The notes beneath the pieces are model-generated. The model worked only from the letters and a program-made list of their open reading frames with translations, did not search any database and was not told the origin of the DNA. The position numbers and the translations under genes are program-made. Shown here in pieces: positions 40,377 to 50,578 of a DNA stretch of 64,000 bases; the stretch's first letter is position 1, and each line of letters opens with the position of its first letter. Origin of the DNA: Nitrospirota bacterium (GTDB lineage: Bacteria > Nitrospirota > UBA9217); assembly GCA_963845065.1 (NCBI GenBank), contig CAWJQQ010000001.1:448001-512000 (forward strand), given 5' to 3'.

Positions 40377-42203
40377 TTATGCTTTCGCTGCTTCTTTGCC
40401 GGTGACCTTCGACACGACCATGATAATAACGGCTATCGCAATCGTTATCGCCAAGTAAGTCATTCCTTCTATGGGGAAGGCCGGGGCTGGTTTCGGCGCC
40501 GTTGCTGCGGCCGCCACAGCCGGAGCAGTGGAAGTCACCGCGGAAGTAACGGCCGGAGCCGCAGCTGCTACAGCCGCTGCGGCCTTCTGATAGACCGGCG
40601 CCCATGATGTGATCACATAGGCCTGAATGTAAGCCATAACGCCGACGATCGACGTCAGGATGAGCGAGTGTTTCAAGGTGAAGCGAAAGATATCTCCCTC
40701 CTGGCCGACTTGGCCGGTTGCCGCGCAGGCAACGGACAACGACTGGGGAGAGATCATCTTTCCACAAACTCCGCCTGATGAGTTTGCCCCAACCGTTACA
40801 AGGGGGTTGATTCCGAGCTTATCGGCCGTAACGAACTGCAGCTTGGCAAAGAGGGCGTTCGACGAGGTGTCGGAGCCGGTCATAAAGACACCCAACCAGC
40901 CGAGGAAGGCTGCGAAGAATGGGAAGACCGCGCCGGTCGATGCAAAGGCAAGACCGAACGTGACGGCCATTCCTGAGTAGTTCAGGATGAACGCAAGTCC
41001 GAGAACCATGGCAATCGTGAATATGGGCCATTTGAGTTTATTGAGCGTATCAGCAGCAACACCCGCGGCGTCGCCGAGCTTTGCTCCCGTGACCGGGATC
41101 GAGAAGAGGCCCGCAAAGAGGATGGCCGTGCCTGCAGCGCTTAGGAAATTCATCGTGTAAATGGCAGGCATAGGTTTGCCACCCCTGAGGATCATGTTAT
41201 GAAGGTCAGGTACTTGCCAGCTGGTTACGAATAAGTGGTTAAGAGCGGTCCCTATCGGCTTAACGCCCCAAGCCGCAACAAAGATCGATAGCAGAAGAAA
41301 AGGTGCCCAGGCACGAAAGACCTGTCCACCAGAATAATTGAGCACTGCTCTGCCGGTGCTTGGTTTTTCGTGGGCGAAGTGCCAGCTTTCTTTTGGGTGC
41401 CAGATCTTGAGGAATATCACCATGCAAATGATGGAGGCGATAGACGCGAGAATATCGGGGAGCAGAGGTCCTATAAAGTTGGATGTCAGATACTGGACGA
41501 CGGCGAAGGAAACGCCGCTAACCAGACAAGCCGGCCAGACTTCGATGCCTTTCTTCCATCCAGCTATAAGAATGGTGAGATACAGCGGGATAAGGACGCT
41601 CAGGAACGGCAGGGTGCGCCCCACCATCTGGCTCAAAGTTAACTGGTCGACACCGGCAACCTGTGCGCCGACGATTATCGGAATACCGATTGCGCCGAAA
41701 GCGACAGGAGCTGTATTTGCAACAAGACAAACACCAGCTGCATAGAGCGGTTCAAATCCGAGACCCATCAGCATGGCGGCGGTGATCGCAACGGGCGTAC
41801 CGAATCCTGCGGCGCCCTCCATAAATGCGCCGAACGAGAAGGCAATTAGCAATGCCTGCATACGTCGGTCATCCGAAAGATTGGCCAGCGAATTCTTGAT
41901 TATCTCGAACTGCCCGGTTTTTACCGACAGATTGTAAATGAAAAGGGCCGTAACAACGATCCAGCAGACCGGAAACAGGCCGATCAAGGAGCCGTAAAAG
42001 GTGGACAGCAATGCTAATTTTACCGGCATTCCATACTCGAGAGTAGCCACAACAATAGCGAGGGCAACGGTAATCGATGCCGCCAGATGTCCTTTCATTC
42101 TCTTCCACGCCAGGGCCCAGAACAGGAATAGGATGGGCAGCGCGGCAATGAGGGCTGAAAGGCCAATGTTTCCGAATGGGTTTTCAGGTTGAGTCCAAGG
42201 CAT
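40377..42203 (-). CDS. lctP: L-lactate permease with Ala-rich C-terminal extension
   Basis: DRRMQALLIAFSFGAFMEGAAGFGTP, ANTAPVAFGAIG, TGSDTSSNALF, KMISPQS. Confidence 0.96.
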   Translation of the reverse strand: MPWTQPENPFGNIGLSALIAALPILFLFWALAWKRMKGHLAASITVALAIVVATLEYGMPVKLALLSTFYGSLIGLFPVCWIVVTALFIYNLSVKTGQFEIIKNSLANLSDDRRMQALLIAFSFGAFMEGAAGFGTPVAITAAMLMGLGFEPLYAAGVCLVANTAPVAFGAIGIPIIVGAQVAGVDQLTLSQMVGRTLPFLSVLIPLYLTILIAGWKKGIEVWPACLVSGVSFAVVQYLTSNFIGPLLPDILASIASIICMVIFLKIWHPKESWHFAHEKPSTGRAVLNYSGGQVFRAWAPFLLLSIFVAAWGVKPIGTALNHLFVTSWQVPDLHNMILRGGKPMPAIYTMNFLSAAGTAILFAGLFSIPVTGAKLGDAAGVAADTLNKLKWPIFTIAMVLGLAFILNYSGMAVTFGLAFASTGAVFPFFAAFLGWLGVFMTGSDTSSNALFAKLQFVTADKLGINPLVTVGANSSGGVCGKMISPQSLSVACAATGQVGQEGDIFRFTLKHSLILTSIVGVMAYIQAYVITSWAPVYQKAAAAVAAAAPAVTSAVTSTAPAVAAAATAPKPAPAFPIEGMTYLAITIAIAVIIMVVSKVTGKEAAKA

Positions 42204-42381
42204 TGTGATGTCCTCCTCTTAAGGAATTGATGCTTGAAAGTGGCAGGGCTTGTTGCGCCCGAAAACGGCGAGTACGGGCCGACTATCGTGGCTCAGGAAA
42301 ATGGTTTATGTATGACCTTTGGTCTTGACCCACGCTGATAAAATAACTACCTAAACATACTATAGTAACCATAATAGAAAC

Positions 42382-42422
42382 ATCGGTGTTAGTCTGATTT
42401 TATCTATCAGGCTTTGTCCTAT
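42382..42422. promoter_or_regulatory. Two tandem imperfect palindromes upstream of lctP (candidate operator)
   Basis: ATCGG-N7-CTGAT and ATCAG-N7-CCTAT, 24 bp apart. Confidence 0.35.
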
Positions 42423-42811
42423 GGGCGGAAGTCAACATGAGAGATGAATTCAAGTAGAGGGGAGGGGTACTGTCAGGGGAGACCTTAGAAATTATAAAGT
42501 CAGACCAGGTCGGGCCAAGTCATAATTCATGTTTAGTTCAACTGGCGTAAAGCCGTACCCTATTTTTACGAATACATGCCTGATCTAAAATGCCACTTCA
42601 CTTGATACGGATGTATGCTGCAATTTTACAAAGATGAAGCTGTGGCGAGCTACAGCTTGTAGATGTATTGTTATTGAGAATAAAAAAAAGATTGCAATTA
42701 GAAATTAGAATCAAAGAGCATGTTGCCATAGAAATTGCGCATACCGTTACCAGGTCGTCATGTCTTTTTTGGTAGATAATGATCGGGACGAAAGATTTGA
42801 TTCCATCGATA

Positions 42812-43303
42812 CTATGTTTTCTTGAACAAATAGAAAATTATAAAGAAAATGCCGCCCACCGTCAAAACTACCATAGATAATGCTTCAATGGTGTCAATAG
42901 TTGATAGTCTTTTATACATTGTAAATGCAATTAGCAGGCAACAAATGCCTGTTAATACTCCAATCAGTTTATTGTGTTTCGTTGCCCTCGCACTCTCAGA
43001 CAGTATTTGTGGCACATTGCCAGTCAAGCGCTCAATCATAGTTGACTGTCTAAATATTTCTTTTCTAGTGTCATCTTCAAGTGTCACTAAAATTATCCAA
43101 CCGGCATTAAAAACTACAAGCCCAGCAATTTGCCATTGATAATTACGTATAATACTGGAGATGATAAAAATTAAAATACCAATTGTCCTAACTATCTCGC
43201 CCTTCAAGCCGCTTCGTAAATATATTCGTAACCCTCTCATCGCAAGCAAAGAAGATAAAAAAACGACCAAAATTAATATATAAATATCCTCACGCAAAGT
43301 CAC
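42812..43303 (-). CDS. Hypothetical membrane protein (AT-rich)
   Basis: 163-aa ORF with about five hydrophobic segments. Confidence 0.6.
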   Translation of the reverse strand: MTLREDIYILILVVFLSSLLAMRGLRIYLRSGLKGEIVRTIGILIFIISSIIRNYQWQIAGLVVFNAGWIILVTLEDDTRKEIFRQSTMIERLTGNVPQILSESARATKHNKLIGVLTGICCLLIAFTMYKRLSTIDTIEALSMVVLTVGGIFFIIFYLFKKT

Positions 43304-43353
43304 ACTTCAATGAATAAATTAGTACTCGGGGGTCTTAAAATTATCACAACCAC

Positions 43354-43419
43354 TAATCGGCAACAGTACTGTTCGGCTCGCGGTCATGAACGCGTGGTAA
43401 TAAATTACTATGGTTTTAG
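43354..43419. repeat. Dispersed ~70-bp intergenic repeat, copy 2
   Basis: Matches 28728-28802 in the same orientation. Confidence 0.8.
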
Positions 43420-43439
43420 GGATGGATTTAGTTAAGACA

Positions 43440-44375
43440 CTAGTTAAGGTAGCTAATCGGATTAACAGGCAGGCCGTTGATCCGGACCTCGTAATGCAAA
43501 TGAGGCCCGGTACTCGACCCGGTATTCCCAGAATACGAGATTATGTCGCCGCGCTTCACATGTTGTCCCGGTTTGACGTTTAACCGGGAATTGTGGCCGA
43601 AAACGGTGATAAAACCATATCCGTGGCTGAGCTCTACTACGTTGCCGTAGCCGGACTCAAAACCCGCCTTGATAACCACTCCGTCGGCGGGTGCGAGCAC
43701 CGGGGTGCCGATTTCCGCGGCAATATCTATGCCTTCGTGAAATTGTATAGTGCCGGTGAACGGCGATATCCTGTTGCCAAACGGAGAATTGACCCAACCG
43801 TGGACCGGCCAGAGCGCGGGAGTAGAGGCATAGAGCGAACGTTTGTCTTCAAAGTATTCAATCAGGGTCTGTAGGCTCGTCTCCTGCTTCGAAGCCGCAC
43901 CTTGGAGCTGAGTCAGTTCTTGATGCATTTCTTTGAGCGCCTCGTCCTGGTTCTTTTCACCGATTGTGACAAGGTTCTGAAGCCCGAGTTCATCCCGGCC
44001 CCCGAGCCCGAGGACCAGTTGTGTCTTATCGCGTGGATCGAGATCTGCGGCCCTCCGCAGTTCCGTATCCAGGTCGCGGATCAGGAACATCTGGCGTTTA
44101 TAATCAATCATTCTGAGGGCGAAGTTCTGGACCTGGGTTTTCTGCTGCATAAGTTCCTCGCGCATGGTCTGCAGTTCCCATTCCTTCCCTATGATGTTAT
44201 TATATTCATAAATAAGATAAGCTGAAAGGACAAGTACTCCGACAAAGGAGAGAAGAACCAACTTGACCTTGGATTTGGAAATGTTCAGAGTCCTTACGCG
44301 CGCATTAGGACCGGGTAGGAACATAAAGGTAATATATTCTTTTTTCTTAGTATTTCTTCTATTCTTACCCCGCAT
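43440..44375 (-). CDS. M23 family metallopeptidase with TM and coiled-coil N-terminus
   Basis: HEGID, GYGN, FGHNS, TGSSTGPHLHYEV, VNP; GGAGG RBS. Confidence 0.93.
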   Translation of the reverse strand: MRGKNRRNTKKKEYITFMFLPGPNARVRTLNISKSKVKLVLLSFVGVLVLSAYLIYEYNNIIGKEWELQTMREELMQQKTQVQNFALRMIDYKRQMFLIRDLDTELRRAADLDPRDKTQLVLGLGGRDELGLQNLVTIGEKNQDEALKEMHQELTQLQGAASKQETSLQTLIEYFEDKRSLYASTPALWPVHGWVNSPFGNRISPFTGTIQFHEGIDIAAEIGTPVLAPADGVVIKAGFESGYGNVVELSHGYGFITVFGHNSRLNVKPGQHVKRGDIISYSGNTGSSTGPHLHYEVRINGLPVNPISYLN

Positions 44376-45342
44376 GCTTCCTCCCAAGGCAAATAAACGG
44401 CTAAACCGTAGCACAGAGTATTGGGTATTGTCAAGCTGATATAATTGTTATTCAGCCGCCTTGTCTTGACGTTGAAAAATCTGCTCCGCCTCATGAGCGA
44501 CGCTGGTTTTCGACGGAAATTCGGTCGGAAGCGGCAAGCGACGTAGCGGCAAATATTGTCTCCGTGAATAGGGGATGTTATCACCGTACGCCCATTTCTT
44601 TTATTCGCTGTGGCTACCGGACGGTTTTCACGTTTTCATCCATTCCTTAAAAATCTTTATCTTCAGTTGTTCTTTCAAGGCGTAAGAGATATATCATCTG
44701 CGCTCTGGGACTGGAGCCCAAGCAACGTGAAGCTATAAACTTTTTAAATCGTTACGTCGAGTTGAATTTCCTACCGCCGGGTTGTAATAGGTTTTGATAA
44801 GTCTCTCAATACTCCGCTGCTTGCAGGTTGTCCGACAATTCAAATTTAGTCAATTTAGTTAAACATACATTTCAATCAAATACGAAGCAATAAATCAGTA
44901 TAAATGCCATTGTGGGACAGTCTGTTTGTTGCAGGGTGTTTTATTAACTCATTCTCATCCATCTATCGTATCGGCTACTACTTACTGAAACTATAACGTT
45001 ATTTTAGATATTCTCCCACTACTGCTAAGTCGAGCTCTGAGCCAATCAAACATGCATCAGATTTTGCTTTTGTAAAATCAACTATTTCAAGAAGTTAGTT
45101 ATCCAAAAATTTGTTATCTGGAAAAGCATGAATTCCATATCCCGGAAGTTTATCTTCAGCGTAGGAGAAAATGCTCTATACGCTGTGTTTAGGCCTTTAT
45201 AAAGATATTTAAGGAACAAAAGTGATGCTGTCCGGGATGGGAGGGGTCAAAATTGACCATATTACAAATTTTTTTCTTTAAAATATTTCTCTGGGCACTA
45301 ATGTATCGTGAAAATAGCAATTCTTTGTTTTCTTCACAACCA

Positions 45343-45394
45343 GCGCCTTATATCCCCGGCCTCACGGCCGGGGGCTTACGGCGCATTGAGATAA
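45343..45394 (-). mobile_element. Solo IS605/IS608-type left end
   Basis: TTAT|CTCAATGCGCCGTAAGCCCCCGGCCGTGAGGCCGGGGATATAAGGCGC; same layout as the left end at 49240-49288. Confidence 0.7.
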
Positions 45395-45567
45395 ATTTGA
45401 TGGAATGGCGTGAAAAGGCCAAGGGAAAAAGGATCTACACGAAGTCACTAATTCAACATGAAATATGTACTCGCAGCCCACACAGCGAATGTACACGCTT
45501 CAGGAAGGATGTGTGATTTTTTAGGATATGAAAATCGAGATTACCTTTGAAACTGATATCAATATGA

Positions 45568-46815
45568 CTATCGGATGGAAACCGACGAGAACCCGCGCCC
45601 TGTTTCATAATGGAACACTTCAGCACCGCAAAACGTTCCGTCCTCCTCGAGCCATCCCCCAGTGTTGTACAGCGTCACGGTTTGCGGGGCAGCTGAAGAT
45701 GCTGTTTCCAGCGTGGGTGGTTGCGGGTCATTCCAGGCTATCGGTTGGTGAGTATGACCAAAAACGAATCTCCGTGGATTCGGCATGCCGAGATTCATAG
45801 CGTCATTCATTGCTTTAATTTCAAGCAGACAAGCACTGTAAAATCGCCGGAACCTATCCTGTACCTCCTGTTTGGAAATAAAATCGGCATTATAGCGGGC
45901 ATTCTTTGAATTCTTAAGAGCTCCCAGCATATGTTCTTCTATTTTTTTCATAGCGTAATGTGCGATCATCTTTTTGATCCAACCTAAATCCGCAGCATTG
46001 TCTATTACCGTGATCGAGCGATCCAGGTATTTCCGAATATGCGACAGATCCCTATCGTTTACTTGCTGTTCGATCTGGCGTGCTAGACTGGTCAATACGC
46101 CCGTATGTCCTATGCTCGTGCATCCAAGCTGATTGAAGGGAAAATTCAGTTCCACCATCGTTTCGGAGTCGATTTTTTTGACATCCAAGTCATCAGATAC
46201 GATCTTCATTAACAGCTCTCCGAGAACAGACCAATAAGGTTCGAGATAGTGCCCGTGTGTCACAATGGTGCTTTCGCTGTCGGTTACGATATAGAGGCTT
46301 GGAAAGACAAAATTGAATACCGTCGGGCTCCCGGTGCCGGTTATAGAGTCAAGGAACATACCCCCGTACTTGAGTTCTGATGTTTTTGCTGAAACGTTGT
46401 TTAGAGTAAAGCCCCGGTGTGGACTGCCTTGCCTGTCGTCGATAATTCCGGCCACGGAATGCTCGAATTGTACCGGAAGTTTCCCATTGAGCAGCCGGTT
46501 AATCACGGCGCGTTGCTGCTGAACTATATGCCAGATATCTGCGTCGTGATTTCCCGCAATATAGATTATTTGACGCGCGATCCCATCTCGTTGTATCTGT
46601 TGAAAGAATACCTGGGCATACTGATAGGCGTATTCATAACTCGCTATGGTATAATCGAGCACGTCCCCGACCATAACAAGGTAATCGTTTCCTGTGCCAA
46701 CGGCTTTAAGAAATGCGTCATACTTTGGTCCTTTGACGATACTATCACCTAGTTTTCGAACAAGGGTACAGGTATCCTGTCCAAAGTGGGTATCGGATAT
46801 AATACTGATTTTCAT
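45568..46815 (-). CDS. Metallophosphoesterase (calcineurin-like)
   Basis: SDTH, GDVLD, GNHD, THGH and FGHTH motifs. Confidence 0.9.
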   Translation of the reverse strand: MKISIISDTHFGQDTCTLVRKLGDSIVKGPKYDAFLKAVGTGNDYLVMVGDVLDYTIASYEYAYQYAQVFFQQIQRDGIARQIIYIAGNHDADIWHIVQQQRAVINRLLNGKLPVQFEHSVAGIIDDRQGSPHRGFTLNNVSAKTSELKYGGMFLDSITGTGSPTVFNFVFPSLYIVTDSESTIVTHGHYLEPYWSVLGELLMKIVSDDLDVKKIDSETMVELNFPFNQLGCTSIGHTGVLTSLARQIEQQVNDRDLSHIRKYLDRSITVIDNAADLGWIKKMIAHYAMKKIEEHMLGALKNSKNARYNADFISKQEVQDRFRRFYSACLLEIKAMNDAMNLGMPNPRRFVFGHTHQPIAWNDPQPPTLETASSAAPQTVTLYNTGGWLEEDGTFCGAEVFHYETGRGFSSVSIR

Positions 46816-46833
46816 GAGATGCCTCTTTCTGTA

Positions 46834-47021
46834 GAAAAATTGACGACCACCAGTCCTTGCTCACAGTAGTGCTAGTAAAGCTTTTCGAGACCATCGTACT
46901 GCTTGGCCAGCTAGTAATTCGAGGCAACATTGATGATCAGCACAACATGGCCCCTGAATTTCCCCAGAGGCGTCCTTGCCGGTAATGCGTCGAACGGGAA
47001 TGTCATAGATTTACGTGCTCA
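46834..47021 (-). pseudogene. Glutathione peroxidase 5' fragment
   Basis: IYDIPVRRITGKDA..KFRGHVVLIINVASNY*LAKQYDGLEKLY*HYCEQGLVVVNF. Confidence 0.75.
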
Positions 47022-47024
47022 AAT

Positions 47025-47624
47025 CTATGCCGGTGTTTTCCGATTTCCCAATGAACGCTCGAACAGATCAAACAGTTTATCCCAGTGTCGTTTGAGTGCA
47101 GCCTCGTTATAGGCTGGCAGATCGGCCATCGCAAAGCCATGGCCAGCGCTACTATAAAGCTCCACCTCGTAACGGACGCCGGCCTGCTCCAAAGCGTTTC
47201 GCAGGCGCTCGATCTGTTCGGGAGGCATGGACTGATCGTTATCCGCATGAGCAATATAAAGTTCGGCCTTGACGTGATTGAGAAGCCGATGCGGACTGTT
47301 CGGGGCGTCTGTCGCCAGGTTGCCTCCATGAAAGCTAGCGACTGACGCGACTCGATTGGGATAATGAGCAGCAGTCCGAATCGCCAATCCAACGCCTAGG
47401 CAATACCCCGTGATTCCGATCTTGCCGGGTTGAGCTTGTTTCTGTTGGGCCAAAAAATCGAGGAACACTGCTGTATCTCGCATTCCAAGCTCGGGAGTAA
47501 AGCTTTGGAACAAGGGCATGATCTGCTTGATCAACTCGGGCATATCCTCGGAGCGTACTTGAAATTTCATATCGGTAACAGGAGCCCGGTGATCGCGATA
47601 AAATAGGTTCGGAAGTAAGACGTA
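47025..47624 (-). pseudogene. Dienelactone hydrolase family gene, 5'-truncated at the IS right end
   Basis: YVLLPNLFYR, GYCLG, SFHGG, AGHGFA; N-terminus missing, and the ORF-track start lies inside the IS end. Confidence 0.85.
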
Positions 47625-49288
47625 CTGACCACTCCCCATGTCTAAAGCCAGGGGGTTCTAGCGGCTGTACCGACAGGCTCTCCGGCAACAATACGAACGT
47701 TGTCGGCCTCGACTGTCGTTGATCCGCCTTTAACGGACGAGCAGCTCTGTCTCCGGTTCGTGGTGTTCTCGTGCTTGATACCGAAGCTGGTTGGATGAAT
47801 TCGACCCTTTGCCGCTTCATGCTGCACCCCCAACACCGCCCGTTCCAGGAGCAGGTTTGCACCCGGCCAGGCTTTGGCAGCCTGACGCGTGTCGAGGACA
47901 TCGTTAGAAACATGCTTTGCAAGGAATGCGGAATAGAGATCACGCTGGGTGCTTACCCCGCAGTTGCAGGCATGCCATCTTTGGGACAATGATTTTTTGG
48001 CTACTGTTCCGCAATGGCATGTCTGGGAAAGCTTTGTGCTCCGGGTAGAAAACTCGGTTACTTTACCGCCAGCGTTTTCGGCTTTGTGGTGAAGCATCGA
48101 CATAAACATCCCCGGAGCTCGTCGCGAAATACTTTTACCATAGAGTTTCTGAAATGCTTTGTACGACAGTTTCTCGGTTTTGATGTCGGTACCGAGAGTG
48201 AGGACTTTGTTCACGAGCTTGCCATGAGACCGTTTTCTGGTTTCAGCAAGGATTCTTTGAAGTTCGGCGAGCTTAGCTTTAAGAACACGGTATTGAACAG
48301 AAAAGACCCACTGCTTTTTACCCGTTTTGATGGTTTTGTCTCCGTTGTGGTTGCCCGGGTTGGTAGCACGAAGGCTTCTGGCCATTTTGCGCTGGACGGT
48401 CTTGATACGTTTAAACGGTATCTCGACTTCAGGGCAAAATTCGAGTAGTAACGCATCGGTATCACCAACGATGGCAACTGTCGACGGGCCAATGTCAAGG
48501 CCAACGGTTTCGGTGCCAATCTGGTTCTCACGCTTGATCTTGGCCGTGCCTTTAAGCACAAGTTGGGCAAACCAGCGGGGATTGCCGCGGATAGTTTTCT
48601 TGACCAGACGAACGTACTTGACATCATGGCTAAGTGCATGAGCCTGAACACCAAACTTGTCTTTCTTGTCGAAGACACAGTTGAGACGAAGGCCAGTCCA
48701 CTCCACATGGTCATCGCACCACCGAATACCAGATTTGTTGTTTTTACCTTCAAGGGACGACATCCAGCCATGGCGCTTGAAACGTGGTTTGCCATGCTTC
48801 CCAAACTCGTAGTCAGCGACGGCGCTATATGCTCGAGATGCTATCTTCTGGGCGGTCAGGCTGTCAATATGGTCTCCGATCCAGCAGGAATTGCGGAGGA
48901 TACCGACGTAGTTATGAAGGTGGTATTCAGTATATTCAGCCTGGGTTCTGGCTGTCTTAAACATCTTGGTGCGAAGCTTGCTTTTCTTCTTCGTGATCGC
49001 CACGAGCCATTTTTCTGATCGCCGCATGGCAGTAAGACGCTTCATCGCTTCACCAAGGCAGGCATTGTACAGATAACGGCCAGCTTCGAGCCGGGCATCG
49101 AGCATTCGATTGTCCTTTGGAGTCACTACGAGTTGAAACTCGTGGATAAAAGATGGGGTTTTAAGTTTATTCGGCATTGGTTGTTTAAATATACCACATA
49201 GATGTACATTTGTCTACTAATTGCTGAAAAACAAAGTTCCCGCATTCATCCCCATGGTTAAAACCAGGGGCTTTCTGCGGATAGTTTG
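47625..49288 (-). mobile_element. IS200/IS605-family (IS608-like ends) tnpB-only element
   Basis: Left end TTAC|CAAACTATCCGCAGAAAGCCCCTGGTTTTAACCATGGGG; right end GAACCCCCTGGCTTTAGACATGGGGAGTGGTCAG. Confidence 0.88.
47642..49177 (-). CDS. tnpB: RNA-guided endonuclease TnpB, 511 aa, intact RuvC
   Basis: GLDIG, KTEKL, SQTCHCG..HACNCG, QRDLYSA. Confidence 0.93.
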   Translation of the reverse strand: MPNKLKTPSFIHEFQLVVTPKDNRMLDARLEAGRYLYNACLGEAMKRLTAMRRSEKWLVAITKKKSKLRTKMFKTARTQAEYTEYHLHNYVGILRNSCWIGDHIDSLTAQKIASRAYSAVADYEFGKHGKPRFKRHGWMSSLEGKNNKSGIRWCDDHVEWTGLRLNCVFDKKDKFGVQAHALSHDVKYVRLVKKTIRGNPRWFAQLVLKGTAKIKRENQIGTETVGLDIGPSTVAIVGDTDALLLEFCPEVEIPFKRIKTVQRKMARSLRATNPGNHNGDKTIKTGKKQWVFSVQYRVLKAKLAELQRILAETRKRSHGKLVNKVLTLGTDIKTEKLSYKAFQKLYGKSISRRAPGMFMSMLHHKAENAGGKVTEFSTRSTKLSQTCHCGTVAKKSLSQRWHACNCGVSTQRDLYSAFLAKHVSNDVLDTRQAAKAWPGANLLLERAVLGVQHEAAKGRIHPTSFGIKHENTTNRRQSCSSVKGGSTTVEADNVRIVAGEPVGTAARTPWL

Positions 49289-49387
49289 GTAACTAGTGAA
49301 AATAAAAGGCTATGATTCATGCATCAGTCAGCGTAACCTAGTGTGCTAATTAGAATACGACTTCATCGGGCATTTCCTTCTGCGCCC

Positions 49388-49909
49388 TCACGCCTCTCCT
49401 TTCTGTCCCATGAAGTGGCCACTCTTATCCTTAAACAGTATATTGAAGGTGGTGAGCGAACCATAGATGCGCGTTATATATTGCTGCAAGTCTACCTTTT
49501 CAGTGTCCGTGAGGACCTTGTGTGAATTGATCTGCGCTTCCATGACCCGCAAACGGTCGCGGACCATCACGATCTTGTGAAAAAAGGTTCCGATGGGAAG
49601 GCTCTTTGATGCGAGCTTCGGATCACCCGGCTTGAGGATCATCTCTCCTCCCTGCCAGCGGTCGCCCAACTCGGTCTGAGGTATCTCTTCACGGCTGACT
49701 TCGAATGCCGCAAGCTTCATCATTTCATAGGCAGTGGTTTCGACGTCGGATAGGATCTGGAGTTCATCTTCCCGGGCGACGATGCTTTTGTCCAGGCGGG
49801 GGAAGTTGATCGTGCAGTCCTGCTTGATCCCGCTGCCTGATGTTTCCTCCACACGGCCTATGCCGAATCGTTCGTGACGAACCATGTCTCCCTTGATTAG
49901 ATTTCCCAT
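49388..49909 (-). CDS. Conserved hypothetical protein
   Basis: VRHERFGIG N-terminus; FFHKIVMVRDRLRVME..YITRIYGSLTTFN; GGAGG RBS. Confidence 0.8.
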   Translation of the reverse strand: MGNLIKGDMVRHERFGIGRVEETSGSGIKQDCTINFPRLDKSIVAREDELQILSDVETTAYEMMKLAAFEVSREEIPQTELGDRWQGGEMILKPGDPKLASKSLPIGTFFHKIVMVRDRLRVMEAQINSHKVLTDTEKVDLQQYITRIYGSLTTFNILFKDKSGHFMGQKGEA

Positions 49910-50029
49910 ATTAAGCCTCCCGGTATTTATTTGACGACGTCATTTAGATCATCCAAGAATCGGTGCGTAAGCAATGCAAATTAGAGGTAGATGTTTCCGA
50001 TGTTGTTTCTCATGAACGCCGCTTTTCTT

Positions 50030-50578
50030 TTAATTTATCGCCGAGAATTCCTCTTCCGTAAGGGAGGGGATGAAAGGCGACATTTGTTACAAGATTTGAT
50101 CCACGTGCTATCTTTTACAGTATTGCAATGTTGAAAATAAAAAATAATAAATACCGTCTCTGTCCTGCGAAAAAGCAAATATTGATTCTCATTTAAACCC
50201 TTGATGCCTGTCGGATACTCTATAATTCATGTATCGCAGACAGAAAAAACGCGTTTGAGAACAGTGGCAAAGGGCTTACCAGGGATACGACAGCAGGAGA
50301 TCCTCAAGAGCGACAAAAGCAAAATAAATTCCCTTGATGGAATCCACTCAAGTCTTTCAAAAATGTTTTGTTTCGCGTTTTACCGGACCTTTCAGAATTT
50401 CTTTCGCAGGATTAAAGACAAGTCCGGGAAAGCCGGTTACCCGAGGTTTAATGGTATAGGACAGTACGACTCTAGCCATTATCTACAGGTTCCAGAGTTC
50501 CAGATAACGCCGCAGGGTCTTAACCTTTCCAAAATAGGAACCATCAAGACAAAGCTTCACCGACCCTATACCTGCTAG
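50030..50578 (+). mobile_element. tnpB: Second degenerate copy of the tnpB-only element at 8800 (left end plus 5' tnpB relic)
   Basis: Same CTTCCGTAAGGGAGGGGATGAA end; RQQEILKSDK..IHS..FFRRIK..GYPRF..SKIGTIK with frameshifts. Confidence 0.85.

Noticed and set aside
44480..44830. Possible ncRNA hairpin or MerR-type relic
   Set aside because: One hairpin and weak fragmentary similarity; no recognisable consensus
46880..46915. Selenocysteine glutathione peroxidase
   Set aside because: The in-frame stops are TAG, the active-site codon is TAC and the gene is truncated
47642..49177. Type V CRISPR effector (Cas12)
   Set aside because: No array nearby; bounded by IS200/IS605 ends, so it is a transposon TnpB
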